Assembly: GCA_937625935.1 (NCBI GenBank) | Contig: OW569392.1 | Span: forward strand, 1 to 64,000 | Reading direction: 5' to 3' | Source: Tetramitus jugosus | Lineage: Eukaryota; Protista; Heterolobosea | Length of the DNA stretch: 64,000 nucleotides | In this document: in pieces, positions 46,301 to 55,440 of the stretch | How the letters are laid out: the number at the start of each line of letters is the position of its first letter | Numbering within the stretch: position 1 is the first letter of the stretch | The notes under the pieces: model-generated | Seen by the model: the letters and a program-made list of their open reading frames with translations, nothing else | What the model was told of the DNA's origin: nothing | Database searches by the model: none | Position numbers and translations under genes: made by a program

Positions 46301-47044
46301 GCCATCACTCGCCAATGCTACTGAACAAGACATCCCGGCAGCAATTTGAGTGATCAGCTTACCATCCAACGGAAGCATGTCCATAGCAACGGGTACTGTC
46401 GCTGTTGTAAACATTCTATCTGGATTTCCCAGTTGTCCTTCACTATTCCTGCCCCATGCAAAGATTCTGCCATCGCTCGTCAATGCGAGCGAATGAAAAT
46501 CACCTGCTGCCATCTGAGTAATCAATGTGCCACTCAATGCACCATCCATGTCAACCGGCACAGGAATATTTTTACTTGCGAATGTCGTATCACCATTTCC
46601 TAGTTGACCGTTATCATTTAAACCACAGGCATACAACTTTCCATCATTTGTCAACATCAACATGTGATTGTGACCAGATGTCAATTGCACAACAGATATC
46701 GGATTTTCTCTCACGGAATACATGGGAGCAGGCAACGTTCTACCTATGGATGTCTCATCGCCCAACTGGCCACTATCGTTGTTTCCCCAAGTGAAAACAG
46801 TGCCTAATTCTTGAGAGAGTGCTACCGAATGTGACATTCCTGCAGTGATCCGTGTTATATTGATTTCGTGAAAGAATGAACTCACCAAATCAATAACCTT
46901 GGCCACAGGCTTGCGAGTAGCATCAACTTTCCATGAGTAAACAACAGATGATGCCACTCTTCTTCTTCTTTTGCATTCCACTGTCATCATCACTGACAAT
47001 AGGAATAAAAGAAACAAAAAGCTAAAAAGTGACCCAGTTCGCAT
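43346..47044 (-). CDS. Receptor kinase: signal peptide, RCC1 repeats, EGF repeats, TM, TKL-type kinase
   Basis: Repeated WG.N..GQLG motifs; CSGNG.C..C.C EGF; EGAFG, VAVK, HRDLKPQN, DFG, APE, DVYSFG. Confidence 0.95.
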   Translation of the reverse strand: MRTGSLFSFLFLLFLLSVMMTVECKRRRRVASSVVYSWKVDATRKPVAKVIDLVSSFFHEINITRITAGMSHSVALSQELGTVFTWGNNDSGQLGDETSIGRTLPAPMYSVRENPISVVQLTSGHNHMLMLTNDGKLYACGLNDNGQLGNGDTTFASKNIPVPVDMDGALSGTLITQMAAGDFHSLALTSDGRIFAWGRNSEGQLGNPDRMFTTATVPVAMDMLPLDGKLITQIAAGMSCSVALASDGTVYWWGHITVGQQYMDAGSPTAIDLSNVSQGRIVTQISVGYKHVVMLTNDSMLYSWGSGEHGQLGNGDTKNSVVPVAVDMEKLSGKVVVRIETGGYHTLALTSDGLLYGWGNNQRGQLDSSTADNYYRPVLLEISSTLTDSITQVAAGEAHTMILTSKGKSYSWGGNEDGQLGNGRKEVKSNTASAIGMSGALSGKTITKIEARIEVWEKLKTEQFGTLTEDGSIVTWGTNSKGEVGDGTAITKPFPVSVGISGVLKEWIITQITLGHHFTAARADDGTLYSWGNNRSGELGDGSNQSRRQPVAVLFMDGLLRNQTITAVFAGRWSAFAIANNGQMYAWGYNNYGTLGDGTTQNKKLPVSVVMDNLADKTVVQVASAYFHTVALTSDGALYAWGVNTCGLLKNEDSSVLPHKVEMNNHLSARRITHITAGREHTTVLTSDGRIYSWGLVDFGAPISVDNFPVQVSMNGLLNNGKVVSQFVVNDVYLLALTNDGELGYWDFEGNYSTWVSVSNVDSEQSITSLFIGLNSMGFLGVKCEPGFYGQDCERFDCHGTEAKDKRRVCSGNGACVDLDTCECKEGYTGMNCSYPMCNGYSSIDNNVCSSHGKCQSPNRCICTYGYHGDTCSSNLKPLWTLPVLGMFLCVSLIITIFVVGLQMRRKRREEQMKSELRACLLEEMGEHNYSGIEKGDFYIGMKEVKLISRISEGAFGIVFKGEWKSNLVAVKKMKISDDESFIKEVAILQSLRHPNILYLYGYSSNDSGDKFLITEYAVNGSLDKVIHKANPLLKAFDQKMSILCQIADTMAYLHGRSPRIVHRDLKPQNILLGENYHVRICDFGLSKITDSSFTQGRSYGTIEYCAPELLAHQVHDEKCDVYSFGIIMHEMFILAPPYSQHTYSSVFTLGMDIVRGLRPLQFDTISNDSQTLTDFFLQSNTANISQTDIHRVVTEFYSLAARCWDADTTKRPSFEEITMELETLKQRSEKK

Positions 47045-47430
47045 TTTTATGATTTTGAGCTTTCTTGCATGCAAAACTCCTCGATTTCTGCTCGAATCCA
47101 GTTCACGTTGGTTCTGAATGAGGCAGAAATCACATTTATTGAGCTCGCGTGTTAAGTTCGGGGTAAATAAGTTTTTGCCGCCTATATTTGTGGATCGTAA
47201 ACAACATTGATCTTGTCGATGAACGGAGTTCTTGAATGTGAAACTCCACGATTGTGTCGGTTCACTTGTGCTTTCCGCCAAGCAAGGTATCTGATAGTCG
47301 CGGCCAATCTAATCTCCCATAAAATAGAAGTCCGGAGTTTCAACTCCTACTTCACTTGCCTATAAAACGCAAGTTCAAATCCTACAGTTTCCACGGAAAC
47401 GCAATAAACAAAAATTAGGACACAACTACC

Positions 47431-48132
47431 ATGAAACTCATCCTCACACTGTCATTATTCTTGGTACTATTCGCTCTTGTTCACTCAAAGGACTACTGTT
47501 GTATGCCAAGAGGTCACAAGGTCTCCGTACGTGACTCTTCCATGAAGGTGTCTCAATGCTCCTCAGGTGGCAATTGTACTCTGAACAGTGCATCTGTAAT
47601 GACGTACACGCATTACCCTGATTTGGATAACTATAGGTATCGTATTGACTTCCATCAAGAGTACCCAGCCAATCAAGGACCATTCCCAGAGGGTACGACA
47701 CTTGGATTCATCACAGACAAGAACACACTGCTCGGATACGAGTACGTCTTTAATGCAACAGATTGTTCATGCCGAAGAACTACTAAACCATCTGGTATTT
47801 ACCATATCACTTGTGTGTCTGATGATTTTGAGTACGATAGAGAGATATCAATTGGTGTTGGACTCCAAGCTCAATTGTATCACGCAAGACAAGAGAAAAG
47901 AGCTGGACAATCAACGGTGCAAGTCCATACTGATAACATTGCACAAATATTTGCCAAGGGTCCAGAAGTACCACTTTGTGCATTGATTCATCAAGAAACT
48001 ACCAGTCGTACCATCAGTGATTCTGGAAGTCTTGAATCTATTGCCACAAGGACGATTGAGTGCTCTGATTTTACTCCTCACGCAAAAGATAGTAGCTATG
48101 TTGTTCCATCATATTGCCCATCTGCATGTTAA
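47431..48132 (+). CDS. Secreted ependymin-related protein (EPDR-like)
   Basis: Signal peptide; CC.P, N.RYR, CV.., SIG, C...., YVVPSYC cysteine pattern. Confidence 0.6.
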   Translation: MKLILTLSLFLVLFALVHSKDYCCMPRGHKVSVRDSSMKVSQCSSGGNCTLNSASVMTYTHYPDLDNYRYRIDFHQEYPANQGPFPEGTTLGFITDKNTLLGYEYVFNATDCSCRRTTKPSGIYHITCVSDDFEYDREISIGVGLQAQLYHARQEKRAGQSTVQVHTDNIAQIFAKGPEVPLCALIHQETTSRTISDSGSLESIATRTIECSDFTPHAKDSSYVVPSYCPSAC

Positions 48133-48271
48133 ACATTGCAGTTATAAACTATAAACCTTTCTTAATCAGAATGTGTTACCACCTACTACACAAAAAGAGA
48201 ACAGGGTACCATGAAGTATGCCGAAGCAAGACCAAGCAACAGGTCCAATAACCTTGTACTTGATGCATATT

Positions 48272-49120
48272 TTATGAGCCAACATCTTTCACAGAAACCT
48301 TTTCCATCCACTCTGCCACTTTCATAGATGCTGTAGTTTCATACTCACTTGTTGCTTTCAATCCTTTAATCACTTGTTGGATCGCTTCTTGTGACTTGTT
48401 TTGAGACAACTTGAATTTGCCCTTAATATGATCACACTTGATCTCAAATCCAATAATTCCCTTCAGCAAGCCATTCTTATACTCGGGATCTACCTTTTCG
48501 TTATCCAAGAATTCATAAGCTTCCGCGTGAGCAGCACCGATGGATCTTACCCGCTTTTGTTCATAAATGTCTGTCAAGTCAGAGACAGAAGCAATTAATT
48601 GTTGTTCGTTCAACACGTTGACCACTGATTTTGATTCAACTTGAACCTGCACATAGTTCCAAGTTGGAACAGATTTGTTTTGAATGGTTTCTGGGTAGGT
48701 TTTTGGAGAAATGTATGCATGTGGTCCGTTGAACAATACTAGATGCTTCATCGTGCCTGTTGCTCCATTTGCCAGCAACTGACAGTGAGGATTGGCTTTA
48801 CCCAAATGGAACTGGAGTGAGTATGTCGGTTCACCTGCACTCGTGTCACAAGGGTTCTTTTTCAAGGCAAAAGGAACAGTCGATGTGTACAAGAGTGGTT
48901 CGTTGCCATTCACTACAATGGTAGTGATTAATGTGGCAAAGCTATTGTCCCTTATAACAGAGAGACATTGTTCCAAGTCACGGCTTTCTGTGAATGGAGG
49001 AATATGGAGCACGGAAACATCACCCTTATGATTGTTATCACTCTTCTTGTTGCAGAAAAACAGACGAATAGCTAGAGAGGGACCGACCACAGTGGCCCAC
49101 AATAACGCACTCGGGAACAT
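48272..49120 (-). CDS. PaiB-like FMN/heme-binding split-barrel protein
   Basis: FATLIT, HLGKANPH, FNGPHAYISP, VPTWNY, GKFKLSQNK. Confidence 0.9.
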   Translation of the reverse strand: MFPSALLWATVVGPSLAIRLFFCNKKSDNNHKGDVSVLHIPPFTESRDLEQCLSVIRDNSFATLITTIVVNGNEPLLYTSTVPFALKKNPCDTSAGEPTYSLQFHLGKANPHCQLLANGATGTMKHLVLFNGPHAYISPKTYPETIQNKSVPTWNYVQVQVESKSVVNVLNEQQLIASVSDLTDIYEQKRVRSIGAAHAEAYEFLDNEKVDPEYKNGLLKGIIGFEIKCDHIKGKFKLSQNKSQEAIQQVIKGLKATSEYETTASMKVAEWMEKVSVKDVGS

Positions 49121-49291
49121 CTTTTCTTTGTTTGTTTTTTTGAGATGCTCAGAATTTGCCAAAATTGTCGTTGTTTCAACTCCTGTCCCGCGTTATCTCC
49201 TTGTGCGTGTGAAAAGCTTGGCTCAGACAAACTGCAAGCCAAAAACTACCCAAAATAACGAAACAAAGGAAGGCACTCAATTATATTCGAA

Positions 49292-50254
49292 ATGTGTGGG
49301 TATATCACTAGAACGATCATCATTGGGTTCATTGTCACTTTCCTGGTCTTGGTCGGTCCCTCTTTTCTTGTTGAAATACTGAAGGGTACGATGCTGTCTT
49401 CATTCATCGAACCAATTCAACAGCATTTCAATCTGAGCAAGTATTCTCTCGGTAAGGTCTGGCCAACTCTTTCTTTTAAGACGGCTGAGGAACGACATCA
49501 AATCTATACTCCAAAGGAAAAAGCCGTGACCATTACACCTCAACAATTCCTCGATGCCAATGTCAATGGTTTGAGATTAGTGCAGGTAGCTCTAGAACAA
49601 GGTGATTTGATTGATGTGGAAGCAGTGCGCTGGATAGGACCGAATCTAGAGGTTTGCGCTGCAGAATTGATAAAGATACAGAGAGACAGTCTTGCCGATG
49701 AGATGACCAGTTTGATGAATGAGATGGACAGCCTACTTCGTCCGATGATTGAGGTCAATGCATTACAAAAGACAGAAACGCAAAGACTTGTAATGTTCTT
49801 CAAGATTTTCGTAAATAGTTATCAGCGAGAGGACAAGGGAACACTTCAAGGGCTCAAAGATCTCTTAACCCATCTCCATCAATCATGGACTGCTCAACTA
49901 GAGAAAATAGAGACTCTCTCTGAAAGATTAGCATCAATGAAAAACAAGATAACACGCCTAAGTCATCAAACAGCCAAAGAGAGAGCCAACACTCGATTCT
50001 ATCAAATTATAGAAAAGTTGAAGCTCGATAAGGTGATTGATGTATTGTTGGACACGAACGTAAAAATTAAACATCAACAACTCAATCTAATGCAGAAGGA
50101 AATCGAACTTAAGAATCACTTGGAAAATACAGCCTTTAATGCTCAATTTATTCAGCATTACCATGTTGTTTCAGATTTCATACTAAAGATCGAAGATACA
50201 GTTGCCACTCTTGAATTGTCACAGTCCACCCATAGACATCAAGTTGGGAAATGA
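49292..50254 (+). CDS. Hypothetical N-terminal TM + helical/coiled-coil protein
   Basis: 320-aa ORF with hydrophobic N-terminus and heptad-rich body. Confidence 0.7.
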   Translation: MCGYITRTIIIGFIVTFLVLVGPSFLVEILKGTMLSSFIEPIQQHFNLSKYSLGKVWPTLSFKTAEERHQIYTPKEKAVTITPQQFLDANVNGLRLVQVALEQGDLIDVEAVRWIGPNLEVCAAELIKIQRDSLADEMTSLMNEMDSLLRPMIEVNALQKTETQRLVMFFKIFVNSYQREDKGTLQGLKDLLTHLHQSWTAQLEKIETLSERLASMKNKITRLSHQTAKERANTRFYQIIEKLKLDKVIDVLLDTNVKIKHQQLNLMQKEIELKNHLENTAFNAQFIQHYHVVSDFILKIEDTVATLELSQSTHRHQVGK

Positions 50255-50867
50255 GTGTAACAGCCTGGATCCAACGATATTGAACATGGCTGACGATCGT
50301 CGTTTGAATAAATTTGAAATCGAAATGTAAATCGTCACGTATCCAATTCAAGAGCTGCAGACTGAAACTAGGAGAGAGCTGCAAGCGTTCATCAGAAGGG
50401 TAACACAACAAGAGCTGACTTTTCGAGACATCAAAGTGGAATAGCAAGCTAGAAACAGGTTTCTCAAAGTCAACCATTTCTTTGGCATAGCTCAATCCAT
50501 CAATCACTGATACATCACATTCTTCTTGAGGCTCATAGTCGTTGGCATCGATATACACCAGAACTAGCTCATCGTACCTGCTTTTGGACTCTTTGAGTAA
50601 TGTATAATTTACCCGGTTCATTGGTTTCGATGAAAGCATACATGAAACATAAACCAGTGTTCCTGTGACATCATCCACTCGTTTTACAATGCCCATGTTG
50701 TCACTTTTAAGAATTCCCTTCATTTTAGCAACCAACTTCAATTGAGGAAGTTCCGTAAAAGGTTTATCAAAGTAGACAGAGTAAACCCGACCATGTGTTA
50801 AAGTTTCACATTGGAAACATAACACTATGGACAGCAAACACAACAACAACAGCAAAACTCGTTCCAT
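50178..50867 (-). CDS. Hypothetical secreted protein
   Basis: MERVLLLLLCLLSIVLC signal peptide; 3' end overlaps the convergent ORF. Confidence 0.55.
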   Translation of the reverse strand: MERVLLLLLCLLSIVLCFQCETLTHGRVYSVYFDKPFTELPQLKLVAKMKGILKSDNMGIVKRVDDVTGTLVYVSCMLSSKPMNRVNYTLLKESKSRYDELVLVYIDANDYEPQEECDVSVIDGLSYAKEMVDFEKPVSSLLFHFDVSKSQLLLCYPSDERLQLSPSFSLQLLNWIRDDLHFDFKFIQTTIVSHVQYRWIQAVTLISQLDVYGWTVTIQEWQLYLRSLV

Positions 50868-50921
50868 TGTGTTTTGATTTTCTCGGAGAAACAAAACAAA
50901 TGGGTTATTTGTCGGGGTGCT

Positions 50922-52154
50922 TTATGAATTTTGGCACCTTGTCAAGGAATGTTGTTTGTGGGTTGAGTACGAATCAATAACCAAATTTCTCAATTTCTCA
51001 AAGTTGTATGCAATACTCCTGTCCTTGACCAATGTTCTTTGATTGTCATTGTCAAGGTAGACATCGGTATAGACATGAAGAACGGCATTAAAGGTGGCTT
51101 TCAAAATTGTTTTCACTGCCGGCTTGAGACTTGTTGCACTCACGGAAATCATAATTGGTACATCATGAGGAATGTTAGATCTAATCTGTTTCAGTTGTTC
51201 GATAGTATCACTGCTGAGGAGACTAGATGGGCGAATAACATAGATAACTGCTCTCACACTCATGTCATATTGTTGCTCACAGCTCAGTGTTTTCCATTTC
51301 GCGTCACATTCATTCAGAAACCGTTGCAGTTGTTTCGTATTTGCTGTTCCATTCGCAAAGACAACATCAAATAGAGGTTCAAAGCCCCGAAGAAGAGCTC
51401 TAAAAAGATCATCTGTCCAGTACACTTGTGTATTCAGTCCACTGCCAACGTCAAAGCCGGGTATGTCAATCAGCGAGATGGAAGTCGTTTGTGCTTTCAA
51501 ACTGTTTCTAATCTTCAACTCAAAAGTGTGAACTTGTCTTGTAGTATGAATTGCATGTTTCAGACCAACCAGATGCGTTCTTTTGACTTCTAAATCTGCA
51601 GAGAGCATTGATTTGTATGAATTCAACAGCGTTGTTTTGCCAACATTTCGAGGCCCTATCAAAAGTACCTTCTGGGTTGGCATTTCATCACCATTTTCAT
51701 CACGCAAGCTCGAATAAACAGGGAAATACATGTTGACAGTATTGTTCAACTTGTAAGAGTCCACAACAATAATAGATGACCCTAAAAACGATTGTCCTAA
51801 GAAACTGGATTCTTGATCCTTCAGTAGTTGAAACTCAATTTCGCTTTGAGCAAACTTAGTGGAGAAGGATTTGATTGGGACTGAAATGGAGACAATTTTC
51901 CTTCGTGCTTGGTCTTTGTCTACCGTGACAACAATGGATCCAAACTGTTCGCTTTCAGGCACAAAGATGGAATAGTCACCCTCCATTGGGCGCAGACATA
52001 ACACAGTGACGGAACAGTACAAAGTTTTTGGGTTGGTTGCATCACAACCAACTTTTGTGATCTTGAACATTTCGTCTACACACATACACGAACATGCAAG
52101 TAGACAAAACAATATGAGAAATACCAACAGTGCACATGACCGACAGAGATCCAT
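50922..52154 (-). CDS. Signal-peptide protein with IFI44-like P-loop NTPase/GTPase domain
   Basis: KVLLIGPRNVGKTTLLNS..TTRQVHTFEL..LIDIPGF; hydrophobic Cys-rich N-terminus. Confidence 0.7.
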   Translation of the reverse strand: MDLCRSCALLVFLILFCLLACSCMCVDEMFKITKVGCDATNPKTLYCSVTVLCLRPMEGDYSIFVPESEQFGSIVVTVDKDQARRKIVSISVPIKSFSTKFAQSEIEFQLLKDQESSFLGQSFLGSSIIVVDSYKLNNTVNMYFPVYSSLRDENGDEMPTQKVLLIGPRNVGKTTLLNSYKSMLSADLEVKRTHLVGLKHAIHTTRQVHTFELKIRNSLKAQTTSISLIDIPGFDVGSGLNTQVYWTDDLFRALLRGFEPLFDVVFANGTANTKQLQRFLNECDAKWKTLSCEQQYDMSVRAVIYVIRPSSLLSSDTIEQLKQIRSNIPHDVPIMISVSATSLKPAVKTILKATFNAVLHVYTDVYLDNDNQRTLVKDRSIAYNFEKLRNLVIDSYSTHKQHSLTRCQNS

Positions 52155-52311
52155 TTTTTTTGTCAAGGAACTTCACACCATTTTGTGACGGCGATTTAGC
52201 TTTGCGGCATTCTCCGATCCCTCGTACGATGTAATTGTGGTGCCCAGTTGCCTAGAGTGTCTAGAATCAGAGGTAATAAATTGTTTCCAAAAATCACATT
52301 TACAGGTGGCA

Positions 52312-53889
52312 TCAATTGCTTGGCGGGTCCGAATCTTGGGCAAGTGGAGGGATTCTTGCCTTGGCTTGTTTGGCTCTAAGCTTCTGATAACTAAGCACAG
52401 TGGTAATAAATAAAGTGCCTAGAGAGATAGCAACAGCCATTCCAATGTCAACATACAAGTAGCTTCCACCAAACTTCTTCTTGGCCAGATAGGTCCACAA
52501 GTAGTTTGACAGATTCACTACACCTGCGACCATGGCTGAGAAACCCATGATCGTAGTCTGATACGATGTAAACATTTCAAAAATGTACTGAATCCAAACT
52601 CCAAAGCATGAAGCTCTTCCAATAATGACACACACTTGAGTCACATATTGGAGATTTTGATTGGGAATGATAGCGAAAACAAAGGAGAGGGCATTCAACG
52701 CTCCGACAAAGATAATACCTCCAATCGTGCCCGTTAAACGCATCACAGTACCAGTAATGATAATGGATGACAATCCAACAAACACCAAGAGGATGGAGAA
52801 TATGAACGAGCCCTTCTTGGCCCACTTCTCATCACCACCACTGATCCACAACCACTGATCATTCAGTGTTGTAAAGTAAAAGTAGGTAGCAGTGAGAATG
52901 ATGGATGACCAGACGAGCAATGCAAGAAATCGAATATTGATAATTTGTTTCAAGAATTGACCCAATTCATGAACCACTCGTTGACCAAATGAGCGTCTTG
53001 GACTGTCTGCTTCCTCATCGCCAAGCTGCTGAATAGAGTAAGCATCTGCAGTATCCACCTCCTGGACCTCTGGTACCTCATTCTTGCCCAACAGAGCTCT
53101 TTCTTCTTCTTCTGTTGATTCTGGCTGTGGTACAACACTCTTACTAGGCACCAACAGAATAAACAACAAGAACGACGCAGGGAATATCAAATCAATCAAA
53201 AACAAGTTTCTCACAGTGAAAATCTTGCCATTTCGATGATGCAAAATCTGAAAAATCATAAACGTGAGCGCGCCAGTGTCCTGTGACGACATGAGCGCCG
53301 TATTCAAGAATGGTCGCACCTTTGCCGAAAAGTAATTTGGCATACTCAACAAACCACTCACCATTCCGAAGCCTCCCACTGAAATCAACGCAAAACTAGG
53401 CACATACGCATCAAAAGTCACCGAATTACTAAATGCAAACAACATTTGACCTAGAACGAGAGTCAATACACCCAACAAGCACACCAATCTTGGACCAATG
53501 GTATCCACTAGAAAACCAACCAACAAGCCACTTAGATTCAAGCATGAAGTAGCCACCACAAAAATCAAATCCAAACGTAACGTTTGCTGAACACAAGTCG
53601 GTGTCTCCGTACCATTCTCTGCTCTAAAAGCAGAAAAAGTAGAAGTGAATGACATCATGTCATTCATCATCAGTGGAGAACTAAAAGTATCAAATATACC
53701 ACCTCCTGCACTCATTGTTGTGTTTTGATCAACACACAAGTTATAGTACACTTTTTCATCAACGAGAATGGTACGTAAGCTTTGCCAACCAACGACCATG
53801 GTTGCCAAGACGATGTTGTAAATAATGGCACCACCCATTAAAATGTATGGTCGGATACGCTGGAGAGAAGATAGGATATCACTAGTCAT
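52312..53889 (-). CDS. MFS transporter, SLC43/LAT3/FMP42-like
   Basis: About 12 TMs; GW.SL..IL..E.VY..LC, C..Q..RL.L.F, GFLVDTIGPR. Confidence 0.85.
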   Translation of the reverse strand: MTSDILSSLQRIRPYILMGGAIIYNIVLATMVVGWQSLRTILVDEKVYYNLCVDQNTTMSAGGGIFDTFSSPLMMNDMMSFTSTFSAFRAENGTETPTCVQQTLRLDLIFVVATSCLNLSGLLVGFLVDTIGPRLVCLLGVLTLVLGQMLFAFSNSVTFDAYVPSFALISVGGFGMVSGLLSMPNYFSAKVRPFLNTALMSSQDTGALTFMIFQILHHRNGKIFTVRNLFLIDLIFPASFLLFILLVPSKSVVPQPESTEEEERALLGKNEVPEVQEVDTADAYSIQQLGDEEADSPRRSFGQRVVHELGQFLKQIINIRFLALLVWSSIILTATYFYFTTLNDQWLWISGGDEKWAKKGSFIFSILLVFVGLSSIIITGTVMRLTGTIGGIIFVGALNALSFVFAIIPNQNLQYVTQVCVIIGRASCFGVWIQYIFEMFTSYQTTIMGFSAMVAGVVNLSNYLWTYLAKKKFGGSYLYVDIGMAVAISLGTLFITTVLSYQKLRAKQAKARIPPLAQDSDPPSN

Positions 53890-54412
53890 CGTATGTTCAC
53901 TTTTTTTTGTTTGTTGTTGTATGCTTTTTGTTTTTGTTGGCTTGGTGATGTGTGTTGGGTTTTTTTGCATGTGCGATCGACGAAAAATAGAAAAAAAGAG
54001 CTTTTCGTTTTTCACTTCTTTTGGTATTAACGCCGACATCTTTGATTTGGGTGCGTGGAATTGCATTGCCCCGATTGGAAATCTTCGACCAGATAATATC
54101 TCCAATCGTTCCCGGCTATAAAGTCATTTAAGAAATGAAACCAGAATATAGAGATGGACAATCTAAGAAGTTGAACGAACAATTCACGGATGATTGATTT
54201 TTATGACAATCCTAACATGTTACCATTGTTATTCTTGCCTAAATCCAGTCAAATACGAGAAATAGACATAGAACGAAGTGTTAGAGGTACTGTTGCCCGA
54301 GAATACCAGCTGAGATAAGTTTTTGAGCAGTGCTAAATAGCTAGGGGGGAGAGAACAAAGCGAGTCCACTTGATGAACTCTTGGACCTGTCATCTTGATC
54401 TGTTTTGTGAGA

Positions 54413-55252
54413 TCACTTGATCAAAAGGATACTCTTCAAAGAATCTTGTGCGAAGTGTACATAGGCACCATTGGCAGTGATCCAATTTGGGCCGAACTGA
54501 GTTGTTCCCTTCATGAGTTTCACTATCTCTTCTTCAACAACCACACCATTGACAACCAGGGAATCTACCATCTTGCTAAGGTTGCCCTTTTTCAAGAATC
54601 TCCAGAAATAAAATCTTCCTACAGCATGGGAAATTTTGAAAGTTACACGAGATATTCCCTTGTATACCACCTTAAGATCATCTCTTATTCTATTGATGTC
54701 ACTGATTCGTTTTCGGTGTTCATCAATCACATACAATATCACTCTATGATCTCCTTTCGAGAAGGTGTCAACCTTATTTCTAAAGTCTATTCGTTTTTGA
54801 TTGAGCTGCAACACAGGTTCGTACAATGCTTGTACTTGATCACAAAGCTTCATGAGTTCTTTGATGATAGCCGAATTTTTTTGTCCACTTCTCGGAAACT
54901 CCAAACTAGCTAGTTGTAAGTTCAATCTGACTACTGTCATCTTTTTTAGATCGTAACCTTCATTTAGTTTGTGGTCCTCCTCCATCTGAGGGCGGATCTG
55001 AAGCATCAAGGACTGGGTTTCTTCTGATGACATATGCTTCAAGAATTGTCCTGCTGACTTGAAGGTATGAGGTTTCATAGCTTCATACCTGGTACCAAGA
55101 CAGTTAGAGAGAATACTAGTTGCCGAAGTAATAACATGAATTGTGGGGTCTATCAACTGTGAAACTTGGTATCTTATAAACAGGATGCCGGTCACAACTA
55201 CCAGTAACAGAATGATAGTCAGAATGAGGAGGGAGCCAATTTTTTTGAACAT
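54413..55252 (-). CDS. Hypothetical N-terminal TM + helical protein, distant paralog of 49292-50254
   Basis: 279-aa ORF; collinear similarity blocks with the 49292 protein. Confidence 0.65.
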   Translation of the reverse strand: MFKKIGSLLILTIILLLVVVTGILFIRYQVSQLIDPTIHVITSATSILSNCLGTRYEAMKPHTFKSAGQFLKHMSSEETQSLMLQIRPQMEEDHKLNEGYDLKKMTVVRLNLQLASLEFPRSGQKNSAIIKELMKLCDQVQALYEPVLQLNQKRIDFRNKVDTFSKGDHRVILYVIDEHRKRISDINRIRDDLKVVYKGISRVTFKISHAVGRFYFWRFLKKGNLSKMVDSLVVNGVVVEEEIVKLMKGTTQFGPNWITANGAYVHFAQDSLKSILLIK

Positions 55253-55440
55253 TTCGTCAAGTACCCTTTCTTGTTTTTTGGTTTATGTGAAGAAAATTGA
55301 TCTCGAAAGAAGAGATCTCAACCTTGTTGTATTTGAAAAATGAAGGAAGTACACCACTCGATTTTCTCCGCTATTGTAGTGAGTTGGCGGTTATCCCGAA
55401 AAGCAAAGTTCAGAAAAAAAGAACTCGAACAACAAATACG

